Below are positions 1 to 14,600 of a stretch of DNA of 64,000 nt, one piece after another. Source of the DNA: Ascidiella aspersa (taxonomy: Eukaryota); NCBI GenBank assembly GCA_963924565.1, contig OZ004609.1, positions 18,910,001 to 18,974,000 of the forward strand, given 5' to 3'. A program made the position numbers and the translations under genes. How positions within the stretch are numbered: the first letter of the stretch is position 1; the number at the start of each line of letters is the position of its first letter. Below the pieces are notes generated by a model. The model searched no databases and had not been told where the DNA came from. It saw only the letters and a program-made list of their open reading frames with translations.

Positions 1-542
1 AAATTAAGGCATGCCCTGGTCCAATGAGAGGGTTTACAGGGTTCTGTGCAATAATGCAACATATTTTATATATATTTACAGATAAATTATGTTACCACAT
101 CCTTCCTTTTGAGTTTAAATTATTATGATATAAATGACGCTTGTGTACTGTAATAGGTAAAGAGATTGCTGATTTTAACATTTGTGCACTGTTTTTTTTA
201 TTTCTTTCTCGGAAAAATTGTGGTGTTTGCCATCATCCCGAAAAAGTTCCGCCAAATAAAAAGTTTTAAAACTATCATCCACTTTATGCAGAGGGTAAAT
301 AATAAGGCTTTTGTATTTTTTTTTAATAGTTTTCGTCCTAAATGCATGGGTTGTTAAGAATCAATCAGCCTAGACCCCCACTTACAAAGTTAATAAACAT
401 ACTGATCCACTGCCTGGTGTACCATAATTGTTTACTTTACCTAATAATGTTACCCTTTAACAGATGTCACAAATATTGGAGTGATTTTGATTTGTACTTT
501 GATGCCTATATACAGAATTTATAAATTATTTAAATGTTTCAG

Positions 543-3500
543 ATAATGCCAAAAGTTCACCAGACTTTGCAAAATCAGAAGCGGTGAATGTGGATGTATA
601 CTATGCAATCCAGGGAAGTGAACTAGAAGGCAAGCTTGTCCGTTTAAGAAAACTTTTGTTAAAGATTTTTTATTATGTATATTACAACTCAGGCACCCAC
701 GTTTTTGAAGAAAAAAAAGCGGCCCTTAAATTCCTAACAAAACAAAAAAAGGGAAGATTGCAATCATTTAAAAAAAGAGAAGATGCAGAACTGTTTTCCA
801 ATACAGTGATGTATGTATGCATCATAATTCAGTTTCTCAGTAAATATAATGTGTTTGTAACACTTGAATACTTTTTTATAGATGCACAAATTATTTTACA
901 TTGGCCAAAATATATTATTTTAACAATATTATGTCAGTTTACTAGCACCCTTAAGGAACTATACAATAACCAACTAGCATGGTCTTTGTAGATTACTTAT
1001 ATTGTTTGCAACAATGCTTCTGTTATCCTAGTTATAAACAAGTTTAAAAACAGGCTTAAATGTAGTTTTTGTTATTTTGTAAATATAAAAGTGATCAACC
1101 AGATGAAACCAAGGCACCTACTGTTTCTGAAAAGCCAAATGAGTTTAGCACACCAAAGCAAAGTGAACTTAATGCTTTTTGTAAGCTGGTAGAGGCTGGT
1201 GATCAACAGGGGCTACTTTCTCATGTATGGAAAAATCCAAGATACATTGTGAACTCTGGTGATGGTCCAGTTATCCTAAAGCCTGGTGCGAGGTACAGTT
1301 TACCCTTTCTTAATTTCGGGGTAGAAAACATTGTGTTTTAGTCATAGCAAGTTGAAAATTATTCATTTAGATACAATGCGCTGCATGTTGCCGCCCGCTC
1401 AAATCAGGCAAATGTGGTGCGCAGCATTGTAACCGTGGTACAAGATGAATCGTTTCAGAAATTGATGTACAAATCAGATGTTGTTGATGATTTATTGATC
1501 ACTAATACTAGCAGAATTTCCCACATTCTTGATCTTTACTTTAATACTCCAGACAAGCTTCTGGGTGAAACTCCACTACACTTTGCATGCAAGCTTGGAT
1601 ACCCAGGTTGATCAGTGGTTGGTTAATGACAATATCTAAGTAGCAGGACCCAAGCCATAAATATTATGCTTTTGTTCTTTACTAATAAAAAATGTATGGA
1701 TTTGGCAAACTAAGTTTTAATTGTGCAAACTGCAAAGTATATTATTCTCAAACAAACATTAAATATATACCGTGGATTTAAAAACGTATTTCCCTTATGA
1801 AGATAAATACTGTTGATATTACAAAGTAAATGTTGATACAATTTTAAACTCATAGACAACTTAATAGAGCTCACTTACAGTTGTTTTGTTTTTGTGTTAT
1901 TCATTTTGCCCTATATAGATAAAAAAGTTCTAGTAAATTTGACAAAAATTAAAACCTAATATTAGCATGTTATAGATGTTGTCAGCGAGTTGGCTAGTCA
2001 TCCTTTATGCTGCAAAAATTTAAAAAACAAAAGCGGCCAAACTGCAAAAGATGTAACTTGTACAAGGCAAGGATCTAACGTGGATAAGTAAGCCATACTA
2101 AAATACTAACCTTACCGCTTACCGTACAAATAATCGCTGTTACCAAAAAATGCTTATGTCTTTAGGCTTAAAATTATAGAACTGCTAAAAGATCAGTTTT
2201 ATGTCCCATTGTTCCGATGCCATGACAACTCTCATGCACCAGTTGTGGCACCACCTTGGATACAGAATCAGAAAAATTTGGGAAATCTCAGCTTCCAAAG
2301 CACAGATCCACTTGATCCAATTCACGTTGTTAGTGCTGTTGCCGGCCCAATGAGTAGTGATGATGCCAAAAAATTGCATCTGTCATGGATGTCACCCAAT
2401 AAGAAGGCCCTTGATGGTATGACAGTAATGTTTTGTGTAAAAATTTTGCATCATTTTTTTGGTATGTATAAAGGAAAAAGGATATCACACATTCGGAGAT
2501 CTGATATAGACCGGGGTGATGAGAGAATTGGACGAGAACTGGCCGAACAATCTAATGTTCCATGGATGGAATATTGGAATTTCCTTGGTACTTTTGCTAA
2601 CTTTTCTACGAAAAAAGGCCTTGCACAACTTGAAGCTTTTTTTGAAACAAGGTTCTGACAAAGTAATTTCATCAAAAAATATTTTATTAAATTGAAATTC
2701 ATGTTTTGCTAATATTTATACTTGTTTTTAGGGTTTGTGAAAACCTGGATCAATCATCACTTAATAACAGTTCAGTTTTTATTGAAAATGATTCATTGGG
2801 AGACCTTTGCTCCAACATGTGTAACCTAAATGTTAATGATGAGGGGAAAGACGAAGGAAAAAGTGAAATTCCCTTGCCATTAATATGTTCTTCATCAGTA
2901 GACAAAGTCTGGTGGAATCTTTCATCTACACCAAGCCAAAAACCTAAACCATTAAGTAAAGAATTTGGCCCTGGTGAAAATCAAATGGAGTCTATGAAAG
3001 AAAAACTGTTGGAAATGAGGAAACAGCAACTCCAGAAACTGAACTCACCATCACATATAACAAACACCCAGAATCAAAACTTTGCCTATAACACCAAAAC
3101 ACAAAATAGTTTTCTTGACCATTCCTTGCACAATCTGTACATATCAACTCCTGCACAAAAAAATCCTGGACACGTTATTAACAGCTTGTATGTATTATAT
3201 TTTTTGTTTAGAAAAAATAAAATAATGATTCTACTTTATTTTTTTTATATTAGTCCATTACAACTACCAGATTGTAAAGGAAATATGCAAGATCCAAGCT
3301 CTCAGCATCTTTTTATAGCAGGGTAAGTTACAAGTTAATTAAAAAGGTCTTAGTTTTCATTTTGAACTTGTTGTGCAGAGAAAGCCCCTCAAAGATAGAT
3401 ACTGATGTTGTGCTAGCAATCGGTGGAACCAAAGTGAACAGGGAACACTTTCCTTACACATGGAAATGGCTGAGGTCTGTTTTATCTTATTCAGAAGAAG

Positions 3501-6007
3501 ATCGCAGAAGGTAAAATATATTTCAAAAAGATGATTTTCTTTTGAATTCTTAGGCTACATATCACTGGAAAGCAAAGTAGATAGCAGTAACAGTTGAAAG
3601 ACAAACCGAAAAAAAAAACGTCAAACGGTGATTACTCTAAAAATTGAAAACATGATTAAAATAGAAAAACGTTTTAGTTAATATAAAAAATTCATGGCCA
3701 TCACTCATTAGCCATTTTAGTGAAACAACGGTTTGTAAGACAATATAGGTGTAAAAACATGTCTAGTAGCATTCATGCCTAATGCACCCTTCATAATAAA
3801 CTCAATAATTAAAATAAACACTCTTAGTATAGGTTGTGGCTAGGGTTGGCAGATACCTGTTTTTTTCTCCTATGCCCATATTTGCAATTTTGGTAATTAG
3901 TACAACCATAGTAGTAGTAGCCATGCTTTGTGTCTTCTATAGGTCAATATCATAAAATAATTTAGTATATGTATAATTGTATATTGCTGAAATTCATTCT
4001 GCCCTCAACATTTATGTTAAGAACAACTCAAGTTGTTGGTTATGGGAAATGTAACTAAGACATGTTGAAAAATGAATAAAAGAGTTATTCGAACATGTTG
4101 AAAATGAATAAAGAGTTATTCGAAACGTTCAAAAGGATACCTACTTCTGTATGGGCTTTGGTATTCTTATTACGTCTTACTACAACCTCCAACCATTATG
4201 CTCCAAAGTTACTAAGAGAGATGTAGCTTTTCGTTATTCATGCAATCAACTAATTCTGATGACTATTCCAATCAGTACTCATATTTTTTTATTTCATTAA
4301 AGGTTTATACACATCTGGGAAAAAAATTATTTATTTAGTTGGCAACAATTGTAAGTGTGTTAGAAATTAATAAAGTAATATTAGTGAGGAATTAACCCAC
4401 CTTACATGCGTCTGCCAGACTATTGTATTAGTGAATTTGACAGAATCAAGCAAAAAACTTGATAAATCGCTTAATTAATTAAGCATATCAATCAGGACAT
4501 ACAACCACTGCTGGAATTCAATGTAGTTAACAAGCGATCCGCTCATCAGGAGCAGATATGGAATTTTATGTTTGGGTGAAGGGCATGTTAAAATTCTGTC
4601 ATATTTTGACATCAAAATGTGATGTAACAAAGTTTGCACTGCAGAGCGAGGAGTCCCTTAATTATTAGATGTTTTGTAAATGCGGGCGAGTCATTGGTAT
4701 TAGCCCAGCATGGTCGAACTACAGGCCCACAGGCCAAATGTGCCCCGCAGTGGCCAGTGATAAAATAAATGAAAAATGTTTTTATTTGATCAAGTCACCC
4801 GGACACACTTTGATACATCTGCCCCCTTTGCCTTAAAGGCGTGCCGAAGTTTAACTATGTAGACACACATTTTTTGCAGTTACCTATACCAAATAATATA
4901 GTTTTATTTTATATTACGCTTTGAATTATGGCATACCAATGCATGAAGGCGCCCTGTAATATTTTCACCTTTTCTATGTGTCCACAGCCAAGTGCTGAAT
5001 GGAATCATATTCTCCTTAAAATGCAATTTTCGTACAGCATTGCAATTGTTTCCTAAGTAACACCTGTTTAACTTTTTTAAGATGAACAACGCAATCCATG
5101 CTTTCTGCGCTTCATGCTAATTTGTTTTCGGTTAAGTCATTTAGGTATGGAGATATTAAAGCGCTAATATTTATATATGCCCAATGCGTCACGTTTACTT
5201 TGAAATAACCCTAAACTTAGTATGGTTGAATAATTGTACACGGTTATTTTTAAGACTAAAATTGTGACTTTTTATGTCCCCCCCAAAAAAGTTCAGAAAT
5301 GCCATTGCAACTTTGGCCCATCATATCATATGGAACCAATCACATTTGTTGGCCAATGACAATAAATAGTTGGACCATATTTTATAAGCCTAACCCCAAA
5401 ATACAGTTAGGGGGAATGGAAAAGTGCCCCGCCCCCCCTTAGGTAAATTTGTTAGCCTCACTGCATGTAGAGTAGATTATCTCCTTAGTTGTTATATAGA
5501 TATCAGTAGGTCTCAGGCATTTTCCAGGAACCGCGCTAATAACAATTTTTCAATTAAAGAATTGGTTAAATCCCCACAACAGCATACAACCCACTCGCAA
5601 AATTATGGTTGAAAAATATTTCATCCTTTTAATGTACAGCGTTAATCCTAACAGTTTTTAACTTGCTACTGGAATTGAATTTGAATGAGTAGTTTTATTC
5701 CAGTTAAGTGCTTGCTCACCCATATTTCTATTAAATATTACTAGTTTTTCACAAAAGTTTGTTTTTTCGTCTGCAGGATTTTATTTGTTGTCCGGATTTA
5801 AAAATAACAATAATTTACTTTATTAAACTGTATTTCTTTACCAGATGGAAAACACCAACACACACAAAAACTCTTGATAGTCCGTTACAGTCTTCTTCAA
5901 AGTTTACACCCTTAAAATCTCCTTGGCCAGCAAGTCCATTAGCAAAACCACGGTGGAAAATAGATGACCCAATTATTAAAAAAGCTTTAGACAAGGAACT
6001 GCAGTAG
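543..6007 (+). CDS. ANKLE2: Ankyrin repeat and LEM domain-containing protein 2 homolog (spliced; 5' start not resolved)
   Basis: Exons 543-629, 693-810, 1092-1292, 1371-1606, 1976-2087, 2166-2416, 2474-2651, 2732-3187, 3254-3322, 3379-3510, 5845-6007 join in phase. Motifs: caulimovirus-VI/RNase H N-terminal-like [54 protein letters not shown]; ankyrin LDLYFNTPDKLLGETPLHFACKLG; GPMS; ERIGRELA..VPWMEYWNFLG; C-terminal FIAGESPSKIDTDV..FPYTWKW. No LEM domain seen in the window. Confidence 0.9.
4131..4200 (+). repeat. Dispersed repeat family (GATACCTACTTCTGTATGGGCTTTG...), copy 1
   Basis: Near-identical copy at ~17396-17465 and a diverged inverted copy at ~57630-57745. Preceded by a ~32-nt tandem duplication at 4059-4123. 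Confidence 0.7.
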
Positions 6008-8674
6008 TGTGTTAACTTGATGACGTTATATTGATTTAATTCTTGTGGAAATGTTTGTGATATTGCTCATTGCACTCATAGAAAATAACAACGGTAAAAA
6101 AATGTAAACCTCAAACTAGATGGAAGAATTGTCGGTTTATAGCACCGACTCGGTCTCTGGGTATTAGCCGCAGCTCTGATCCATGCTTTAAAAAAACATT
6201 GCCAGCAGTTTGTGAGGGATTGATTCCAATTCCATCTATGCAATATATATTTGAAAAAGTGCGATTGAAGTTATGCTTTAGTAGATATATTAAATATTTT
6301 ATACTAACCGTTAGTGATGATTGCACTAGTCTCGGCATTCACTTTAAATTGTTCAGCCGCAAATTTTAACACAGCCGTGAAGGGAGTAGATTCCGGTACG
6401 CTCAAACTAAAAACACATTAGGTGCAGTATTACAAATAATGCAGCAGTATAAGTAATAACTCATAAAGTAGTGGTATTTCCAAACATTACTATAATTTAT
6501 GACTAGGTACCTGCTGAAATTCTAGCTATAATATAGTTTTAAAACGAATAATAAAAAAAGAAAATGCAAAAAGTTTTTTTGCTTACACTTTAAACGGAAG
6601 CTTTGGGTCCGAAGTAAGAATAATTTTGAAGGTGCATTTTGCCCTGCGGAAACAATTCATTTAAATTAAAAAACTGCATCCGATGTAATAAAAATTGTTA
6701 CAACTTACATGGTATACAGTAACTGAACAAAAAACAGCTTTAAGAGAGCCAAGTTTTGCCGATCTGAAAAGTCAACAGTACCAATTAAACAGCTGGTAGC
6801 TGGAAGTTTTTCTCCACATGTCAATGTTTTAATCCAGACCGCTATGATATTTTCTTAAAATTTACTTTTTGTATGATTCTTTTACTTACTCGAATTAGGC
6901 ATAACCTAAGGATATTTGCTACATGGCGTAGCAGACAAAGTAAATAAGTGTTATTATATTTTGGTATAAGTCTCTTGAATATTTAAAATTGGTGATAAAA
7001 TTTAAAACAACGCCACCTTGTGAACATTGCGGTGGAAACAAGGGACGCTTTTGTAAGAATTGTCCCCATGAAATTTTCGTCCATTCGTTTTGTATTTGTG
7101 GAATATCACCGTATGTAAGGTACAGCATGAAACCTTTTACCATTCAATGGTATTTTGTATGGTAAGTTGTACTATGTAATCTTGTTTCTAAATAGTATGA
7201 AAAACTATTAATCTAACATTTAGCCTTATTATAAGCAAATAGAATCAGTCGGTGAACTGCTATAAGGATGAAGAATTAAAGCCGTTGGCCGCTGTGACTA
7301 TTCTTCAGTGAGAGTCGAAATCCTGACATCAACAAAGGCCGCTATTTAACTTCCTTCTAGATAACTTTGGGCATCGAAAAAAAGATAACTCGGGAGTCAG
7401 CCCTAGGAATGTTTTATTTTACATTCTGTGACTGGGCACTGGTGCAAACCACCTGGGCGAACTTGGCGCTCCGGATGTGGTTTTGGGCAATATCTCCAAA
7501 AGTTGTGACGATATAAAGTTAAATTTTTTACACAGTCTTTGTATTGCCTACACCTTTCCAGCAATCACACTTTTGGCGAAAAATATTCAAAACAAATTAA
7601 TATTCAAAAATATTAAAAAAACACCTGGTCTAGTAACATGAACACCTAAATTCTGGAAAATGTTAAAGTTGTGTTCGATTTTCAAATCTCAGGGGTGCAT
7701 TAAACCTTGATTGCATATCTCAAATTTTGGCGCTGCACACCAAAAATCTCAAAATGAGCCCAATATTTTTGACAAAAAGTTATCGAATACTAAATGATGT
7801 AATCACTAAGGTCAAACAAGCACAATTGGCAATGATGATGTTTTCAAGGTTATTCGGCCAAATGTTAGTGTAAAAAAAAAAAAAAAAAATTTGCTGCATT
7901 GTAAAGCAAACCAAATCTGAAATGCCCATATTAATTTGATGTTGCTCCGGAACCAATAGCATTCTAGCATGCTTTATCTTGTCTGATATGTGATTGCAAT
8001 GGCCTGCATACCTCAATTAGTAGGGTGAATATGAGGGGAATGAAGTCAATTACCAACAACTTAAGCTAACTCCTAAAGTATGACTACAGCCTAGAAAATA
8101 AAGTCATATCTTGGATCAGACTCCAACCAAATTAGCCGACTTTATTGAGTCCAGAGTTTGTCTATGACTCAACAGCCCTATCTTCGACACATCCACTTAA
8201 CTAAAATAGAATATCCCACCCTATACTATTCTACCTTTACGATTTACAGTTACAGTAACTAAACAAGTCATTGTACTGAGCCATTTCCTGTCAGAGTGAT
8301 ACAAAAGTGAATTATTCCAGTTACATGTATACATATTGGTAAAAATGCAAATTAAACAAAATGTATATAACAGTAACTATTTTGAATTGTATTTTGATAA
8401 TTTATTGTTATAAAAAGGCTGGCCCTCGTTATATTGCTATATTATGGGCGACTGAAAAAAAATGAATAGTTATACTGCATATTTATTTTTTAGAATTATA
8501 TATACTTTCACTATAATTAGCTACAAGAAAACAAATTTATATACTACAAGTTAGAAGGTACACTAGGAATACAATTTTTAACAATGATGATAATAAATTT
8601 CCTACAAATTTCCAGTTAGCAGTATATTTATACAACAGAAATTCTGCCAAGTTCTGAACCAAAAATAAACCACT

Positions 8675-11600
8675 ATGATCCGCGCCACTACTGGCCGGCC
8701 AGCTGGCATGGTTCAAAAGAAGGATAAAATTGTTATCCGCCCATCATCGGCAAATGCAAAGATGCAATCACGTTCATACTCCACATTGGGGGATGAAATT
8801 CGACCTGCTACAGCAAATGTTACTCGAACTTCATCTGTTATCCCATTGCAAGCTGTACCAGTAGAGGCTGTGGCAAAGCCACCCTCAAGACCTATTTTGG
8901 GTAAGTTATTCAGTTATTACATATTCAAACAATTTGTAAAAGCTTAACAGTTATCATAAAAAATAAAGCAACATTTTACCATATTGTGTCGTTAGGCTGC
9001 TTTCTTATTCAGCGACTTAAAAACAAATTTAGAAAGCAATTAACATAATGTAATTAAGCAAATTAGTAATTTTTGTTTTATACATTTATTCAAAAGTAAA
9101 TACAAATTTTTAGATCGCAGGTTGACATTGTGTACTGTTGATGGAATTGGTGAAAATGCTAAAGTTTTGACAAGACTTAACACTCCTGCAAGTTCAATGA
9201 AAAAGATAAAGGTTGACTTGTTTTTTTAACAGTTCAGTAACTTTAATAATCCACTAAGCAATAGAGGTGTTAAATTGCAATTTCAATTTTAATGACAGTA
9301 GTATTTTTTCAAGTGCATTTTTTTGCTATGAATAAACAAATACATATGTATATATACATTAACATATATATACCAATTATATCTTTTTGGACAATGATTG
9401 ATGTATTTTATAAGAAAGGGTTTCTCCCAGCTGTCATAATAAAAGGTACTATTAAATGTAACTGATTACACAATTTGTACTTTTTAAACACAATAGCCTT
9501 TATAATTATTTTAATTTTTCCCCGCTAAGTATCAAGTATAAGAATTTGTAACTCTCCTGTGATTTTGGTAACAGTTTTGTGTGAGCATAATATTCGTTGC
9601 TATTGTATTATTAAACTAATTGTTTCTTACTTAATTTTAAACTTCCATTAAATAAATAATTACACTTAGCTTAAAGGTCACTTATCATTTTTTATATGGA
9701 AATATGTTTAATATCGCCAGTTTGGTGTGAAATAACCTTGTCAAAACAAAAATTTTAATAATCTAAATTTTATTGCAAAGATCGAGGAACGGATAACTCT
9801 AGAACAACTGCATAAGATCAAAACTGCTTTTGAGGTAACTGTGTGTCCTCAGTATGATTTTATTGCTTTTAGTGCTTTAAAGAGTTCCTCCCTCAATCAG
9901 CTACTTATATCACTTGACAGTCAAGAGCACCCGAGTAACGTTTCAATAGGCCACCGCTCATAAAGAATTTAAATGATTGGATGTATGTTTTGTATTGCTG
10001 GTGGTCTTTACAATTATTGTTTAAAAGCAATGTGTTGAAGGCCGAGCATTAAACATATATAATGGATTTATGGACTTTGTTTGTAAAATTTAAGGAAGCA
10101 GACACTGATGGAAGTGGGACACTGGACATTGATGAGTTTAAAACAGTTGTCAAAACCTGCCTTGGTGTAAAAGGAAGGGTATGTTTAAATGTTATACTTC
10201 GTTTAATTAACATGTTACCCTAACTAAAATCATTTTAAAGTAGTATATAATTTGCAGAATGAAGAGCAGATTGTCGCACTGTTTATGAAGATTGATTCTT
10301 CGTCAGATGGAGAAATTGATTGGGTAAATTTGAAATGCTCGATACCAATTTTAAATAAATGTTTTGCGTGTAGGATTATCTTTAAGAAATAGACTTCGAA
10401 CATCGCCTAATATTGTGTTAAACTATCATAGTCAATTCAAGCAGCTGCAATTCTTAATACATTTCTCTGAACTTTTCGTTTTAGGACGAATTCTGCACTT
10501 ACATGCAACTGGAATATGCTGAGAAAGAAGAAGCGATCCTTCGATCCAAAAGAACGGGATTCGCGCTACCCGCCATCACTTCATCTTCGTCCACTCCTCA
10601 CCACAAATCTCCTATCCTGCGCATCATTTGTGTCTCGGATTCCTCTTACATATGCGCTGGACAGGTTGTCTGTCATATATTGGGCGTTGAGCGAATACTA
10701 AACGTTTTTCGCAAAGCGAAAGTTCTTAGTTCACGCATTTGCCGTTACTGGAATTACTGGCAATACATGTTTTGTGGTTAATGAATAAAGGTTTTGTGGT
10801 TAAGGTTGTGCACTTAAACAGTGTTTATCATACAACCTGTCGTAACTATAAACTTTTCAACAATTAAAAAAAATCATATTGTTAGATAGTCATATTCTAT
10901 TTAAAAGGATAACTGGCTGAACCCCGCTCTCAACCCCATGATAGTTAGCTGAAAATGCCTTGTATAAGCTTAAACATGTTCACTTTTCACGACCAGGATC
11001 GCGTATATCAATCGATTTTAGCCATCGGCGTCATGTTGAATTCCGCAACACAACAGACTCTTGACTCGGGCGTGTGGACCCGGAAGACAATGGGTTGTAT
11101 CCAATTGTGGTTTGTCGCATTGTTTAGCTCTAGTGTAGGGTTGCCTTGGAACGCATCGCTTGGCGTGGGGTCAACTAGTGTTTTGCAAACGCGCTAAACG
11201 GCACCTAACCACCGTTTTGTATCAAAAGTTGTGTAGTTAAACGCAGATTTTTTTTGACACTACGGTCGATATGTTTTGTTTGTGTTTGGCTCTTCCTATT
11301 TGGTTTATATTATTTTATAGCAGGTGCCATATTTGCCTAATTTTTTAATTCATAAAATTTTTTTATCGGTGATATAAAAGTTATTTGGTCTCTTTGTAGG
11401 AAGTTTTAAATTTGTTTTAGAACATTTTAGCTTCACAAATATTTTTAATAAAAGTCACACCCAGACTGACAGTATGCAGTGTCCTAAACAAACCGTAAAA
11501 CAACATTGACACTCGTGGCGGCTCGAATAACCCTTTCGATGGCAGTCACTTTTGTATTACCATAGAAACATTTAAAGCACACGTAGCATAATATTTTTAC

Positions 11601-14600
11601 AGATCCGTGGTACAAAGGCGATTTTCCTTCGCCCTGTTTTTGTAAATTTTCTCTTTTGTTGTGCGCCGTCGTGTTAATCCCTATCCCTGGATTTACAAGT
11701 TGACAACTCGAACTTTGTGATTTTACCTTCTGTTCTGAAAAGATAACAAATTTACCAACGAATTAAAATAACATACCGTTTATCGATCAAACCACATATA
11801 TCCAACACACGCATTTAGTTTTCGAATTGACAGTTTGTCCCAACAACCTGATTACGAAGTAGTCTCTTTAAAAATTACTTACCCATGTTGTCGATTGACA
11901 GCCAACTTAACCAAGTACTGTTTGCTTTATCACAGGACGGACTTCTTACTTTTTGGTCGCCAGATATGAAGCTGCGCAAAACTAAGTCAATTTTGGAAAG
12001 CGCCCTGGCCGAACGACCTTCATTTGTGAACAAACCCTCCATGGTAGGCCAAAATTATACAGTTGGTATTGGCTATAGTGTGTAGATATAAATGGAAATA
12101 AGTGGCACTCTTGGCGACAAATTGTATTTAATTCTTGACAATCTTTTTGCGCAACCGTGCTTCATCAGGTCAAGGTCCAAGCAATTGAAATGCACAAAAC
12201 AGGTCGTAAAAGGCCACTAGAAGTTATATCATAATTGTTTTTGCGTCAGTAACACGCTTTTGCGAGCATGTGCCTGTGGATATGTTAGACGTCACCATTC
12301 TTATCGCCTTTTACTTGCGCCTGTGCTTTTACGTGCATTTTAATTGTTTTCATTTATACTTTGACCTGATGAAGCACGGTTGTGCGAAAGCTTGTCGAGA
12401 ATCAAATACAATTTGTCTTTATACAGTGCCACCTGATTTCTCTATTTAGAAGTTTTATGTTTCTTGTATTGAAATCGATTTTAAATTTTACTTCAAAGGT
12501 GTGGTAATGCTTATCATATAAATTAAAAGTGTTTCTAATGTAGTATAGGCTCCACATACAGTTATCTTCGTAGAGCAGGGGTTGTTAAACTTTTTTTACC
12601 GCGGACCCCTAAAACTTTTTTGGGCTCGCGTGGACCACGGTAGGCCATAAAAAAATAAAAATGACGTCATAAATTTTAGTCACAAAACAAATAGACTTGA
12701 TAAATCTTCTGATTTCGGTCCAAAATTGTGAAAGTGAAATTGAGTCTTAATACAGTCAGTGCAAAACCGTTTTATTTTTTATTAAACTGTTTACCTTGAT
12801 AAATTGATTTACTTCTTAAATATACAAAGCTAATATTTTAATTGGGCGTTCATGGACCCCCTAAAACTAGTTCACGGACCCCCAAGTGTTCGATGGACCC
12901 CAGTTTAAGAACCCCTGTCTTAGAGGAAGAAGGAAACAAATAACTAATTGGAGCCTATGTTACAAACAAAATATAACAGTCTGAGAATACTATGTATTGA
13001 CTGCTAGCCTTCTGAAAAAATTAGTTTCATCTAAAGATTCCACCGAGTTGATTAAGTTCACTAAAGCTAACAACAACTCTAGCAACCACGCTTTATTTTT
13101 TGTTCCCAGTGGGTGACGGACGTTGCTATGATTCCAGCGCACAGCAAGCTGTTGGTCGGCGTCGGAGAGCGCGAGCTGCACTTCTATGACATCATAACTT
13201 TCGAGTTCTACTGTCAGATTATCGGACTTGACGCGGTGCCACTCAGGATTGACTTGCAGCAGATGGAGCCTGATCAGTGCCTCATTGCGTACGGCGACGA
13301 CCAGGTCGGGTTAAAATAGAAAAAAACAACACATAAATTCATCTTATGTGTTAATTTATTTGTTCGACTTTTACTGCATTGAGATTCTTATTTTCTAATA
13401 TTTTGTTGAAAATTGATGATTTATAGCTGTTTCATTTAGATTTTTAGAGCAAACAACCTTACGAAAAATGTTTAAAGAATTATTTTTATGTGAAAACAAC
13501 ACGAGTTTAATCGCTTCAATTTAAATCCTATTGTTTTTCAAATATATATTAATCTTTTTGAGCTTCTTAGAAACAACTAACGGCGACGACTGATCTGTAT
13601 AAAAAATCGCGTTGTTTTAAACTCGCCAGGGCTGCGTAAGTATCATCATGCTGGAATCGATGGGTGACACACTTCGTGCGTGGAAAAAGGTGCCCAAGGT
13701 CAACGGAATCCCTACTGTGACAATCCAAGATGTGGCCCACGGTGCGGGTTCCTCGTTCGTCAAGTGGAAGGTTCACGAGGACTGGGTCACAGAGGTCAGA
13801 ACGATTAAAATCTTTTTTTGCTGATTGTTCATCGAAAGCCTCTTGCCTACGTCTTGACTGCCATTTGCGATTATTTTCGTGCCTATTAGTTGTACTACAG
13901 ATTTTTGATAATGCCTATAGTTGTTTAACACTACCGCCTTTTTAACAACAGTAATCGTTGATTTTCGGCTATTTTTGCTTTGTACAGAAATTACTACTGT
14001 TTTTTGTTCATGCAAAACCCATATTTTCATTTAAGTTAGGAGAATTTTTATTTTTAAAAGGTGAAATTTTTAGTTATATAATCCAAGTTATTCTAATGCA
14101 TTTGCTTTCACAAAGTGATCTAAATAGCTTTGTTGTATTTATTTCATACCAAAATATCGATAGCTGCCTAACGGCTCGGTTACAACATTTACAGCTGCGC
14201 TACTTCCACGAATTACGATCAGTAATATCGTCTTCCAACCACGCATCCACTGCCCTTGTGCGAGGTTAGTAGTTACATGTGATGCGAGTTCTATACACAC
14301 GTTAGACAGTTTTTAAAACAGTTTTAAAAGTCAATCTGATAAACAAGCAAAACAGTAGTAATAGTTGAATAATCCAAATTGAAACACTGAACGTAGGCTG
14401 CACAACTGCCAGTACCGCCCTGGATCGACTGCGCCAGGTCATATCCCCGGGTACTTCGGCAACACCAATGCAGTCCAACAAAGAGGCTGGAACCACCTTG
14501 CGAGTCGTTAAGAAGAGTCCCACAATGGTTGCCCAGCGGCGCCAGAAGACAGACCAGTCGGTGTTCTACGTTTACAAGGGTGTCAAGACGTTCGACTTCT

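Noticed and set aside
6141-6154. AGCACCGACTCGGT, the reverse complement of the Cas9 tracrRNA/sgRNA 3' hairpin
   Set aside because: Only 14 nt, with no rest of the scaffold and no cas genes or array; treated as chance.
7230-7410. GC-richer patch first suspected to be an rRNA fragment
   Set aside because: No extended rRNA match; at most a decayed transposase scrap, which I cannot support.
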